A stretch of DNA of 64,000 nt, from contig NC_082713.1 of the NCBI RefSeq assembly GCF_030144855.1, positions 156,860,001-156,924,000 on the forward strand. The letters run 5' to 3'. Position 1 is the first letter of the stretch. Every line of letters starts with the position of its first letter. The translations under genes were made by a program, and so were the position numbers. Below the pieces are notes generated by a model. That model made no database searches. It was not told the origin of the DNA and was given only the letters and a program-made list of their open reading frames with translations. The DNA is from Hypanus sabinus (Eukaryota). Of the stretch, positions 62,735 to 64,000 are shown piece by piece.

Positions 62735-64000
62735 GCTTCTTTCTCAACAAAAGATCCAACCAGTTCCCCTCCACCACACTACCCGTGCTCCATCTGACAG
62801 AACTGGTCCTCGCCTTCAACAATTTCTCCTTCAGTTCTTCTCACTTCCTCCAAGCTCAAAGATAGTCTTGGGCCTCAGCTATGCCTGCCTTTTTGTTGGC
62901 TGCATAGAATACTCTATGTTCTCAGCCTTCTCTGATAATGCTCCCCAACTCTTCCTGTGCTATATTGACAACTGTATTGGTGCTGCATCATGCACCCATG
63001 CTGAGCTTGTCAAATTCATCAACTTTGCTTCCAACTTCCACCCTGCCCTTAAATTCACTTGACCCATTTCTGACACTGCATGCCAATCATACTGCAGTAT
63101 GACGGAAGTATAATCTGGTTGTCACACTTACTGAAAAGTTTAAAAATTTTTATTTCTCCGTAATACATGAAACTGATTTGCTTCTTTCTCAACAGTTCCC
63201 CTCCACCACCATCCTATTCCACCTGGTCCTCAGCCTCAACAATTTCACTTTCAGCTCAAGATAGCGATTCTCATGGTTATCTTGACTGTGCCACTGCACC
63301 TCCCCCCCCCCCCCCCCCCCCCCACTGTCTCCTGTCAAAATGCTTTTCCATTTTCTCAGTTCTTTTATCTCTACTGCATTTGTTCCCAAGATGAGGCTTT
63401 CCTTTCCAGGACATCAGAGATGTCCTCCTTCAAAGAATGGGAATCACCTTTTTTCAGCATTTCCCTCCATTTCCCAGACCTCCTTGCTCATTCCATCTTC
63501 CTGCTGCCTTAACAGGAGTAGAGATACTCTTGTCCTCATGTACTACCCAATCAGCCTCTGCATCCAACACATCATCCTCCACAACGTCTGCCATCTTCAA
63601 TGGGATCCAGCCACCAAACACATGTTTACCTCCACTCTCTGCTTTTTGCAAAGGTTGCTCCCTCTGTGATTCCCTTGTCCACTGATCCTTCTCCACTCAT
63701 CTCCCTCCTTGCAAATAACCCTGGAAGTGATAGAAATGCTACACCTCCCATTCACCTCCTCCCTTACCTCCATTCAAGGCTGCAATCATCCTTCTGGGTG
63801 AGGCAACATTTCATCTGTGAATCTATTGGGTTCATCTATTGTATTCTGTGTTCTCGGTGTGGCCTTCCCTATGTTAGAGAGACCGGATGTAAATTGGAGA
63901 ACTTTGCCAAACACCTCTGCTGAATCCACCCCAAAAAAATTACCTGGTGGGTAACCATTTTAATTCCTATTTCTATTTCAACATGTTGGCCTCCTCTTTT
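62735..64000 (+). mobile_element. Penelope-like element, decayed RT plus GIY-YIG endonuclease
   Basis: GLSYACLFVG..LFLCYIDNCIG (RT motifs) and FICESIGFIYCILCSRCGLPYVRET (GIY-YIG). Confidence 0.88.

Noticed and set aside
1-64000. Prokaryotic systems (CRISPR arrays, operons, defence or retron loci) and the many 60-130 aa ORFs
   Set aside because: The sequence is eukaryotic and intronic, with no regularly spaced repeat array. All RT-like ORFs map to CR1, Rex, Penelope or Gypsy remnants, and the other short ORFs look like chance.

Overview
Vertebrate genomic DNA, most likely from a cartilaginous fish (probably a ray). That assignment is inferred from the repeat complement: CR1 with an esterase ORF1, Rex/Babar, Penelope, V-SINE and Deu-SINE. 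The only host gene is the large first coding exon of a Kv4/Shal voltage-gated K+ channel, best matching KCND2 (Kv4.2), at 3571-4682 (+). It ends at a GTAAGT donor that splits the TTLG|YG pore motif. I found no downstream KCND exon, so the remaining ~59 kb reads as the start of the long first coding intron, densely filled with decayed transposable elements. The most notable structure is a Ty3/Gypsy element (51578-55776) nested in a Tc1 element. It has no canonical tRNA primer site; the PBS position is instead a perfect 15-nt complement of its own LTR poly(A)-signal region, suggesting self-priming or poly(A) occlusion. Its 3' LTR is truncated and it is flanked by a 76-bp direct duplication. Other points of interest are at least seven Penelope pseudo-LTRs with minimal hammerhead-ribozyme cores (some folded back into long hairpins), two solo LTRs with TSDs, and candidate recursive splice sites. 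TE boundaries are approximate unless a TSD or TIR is quoted.
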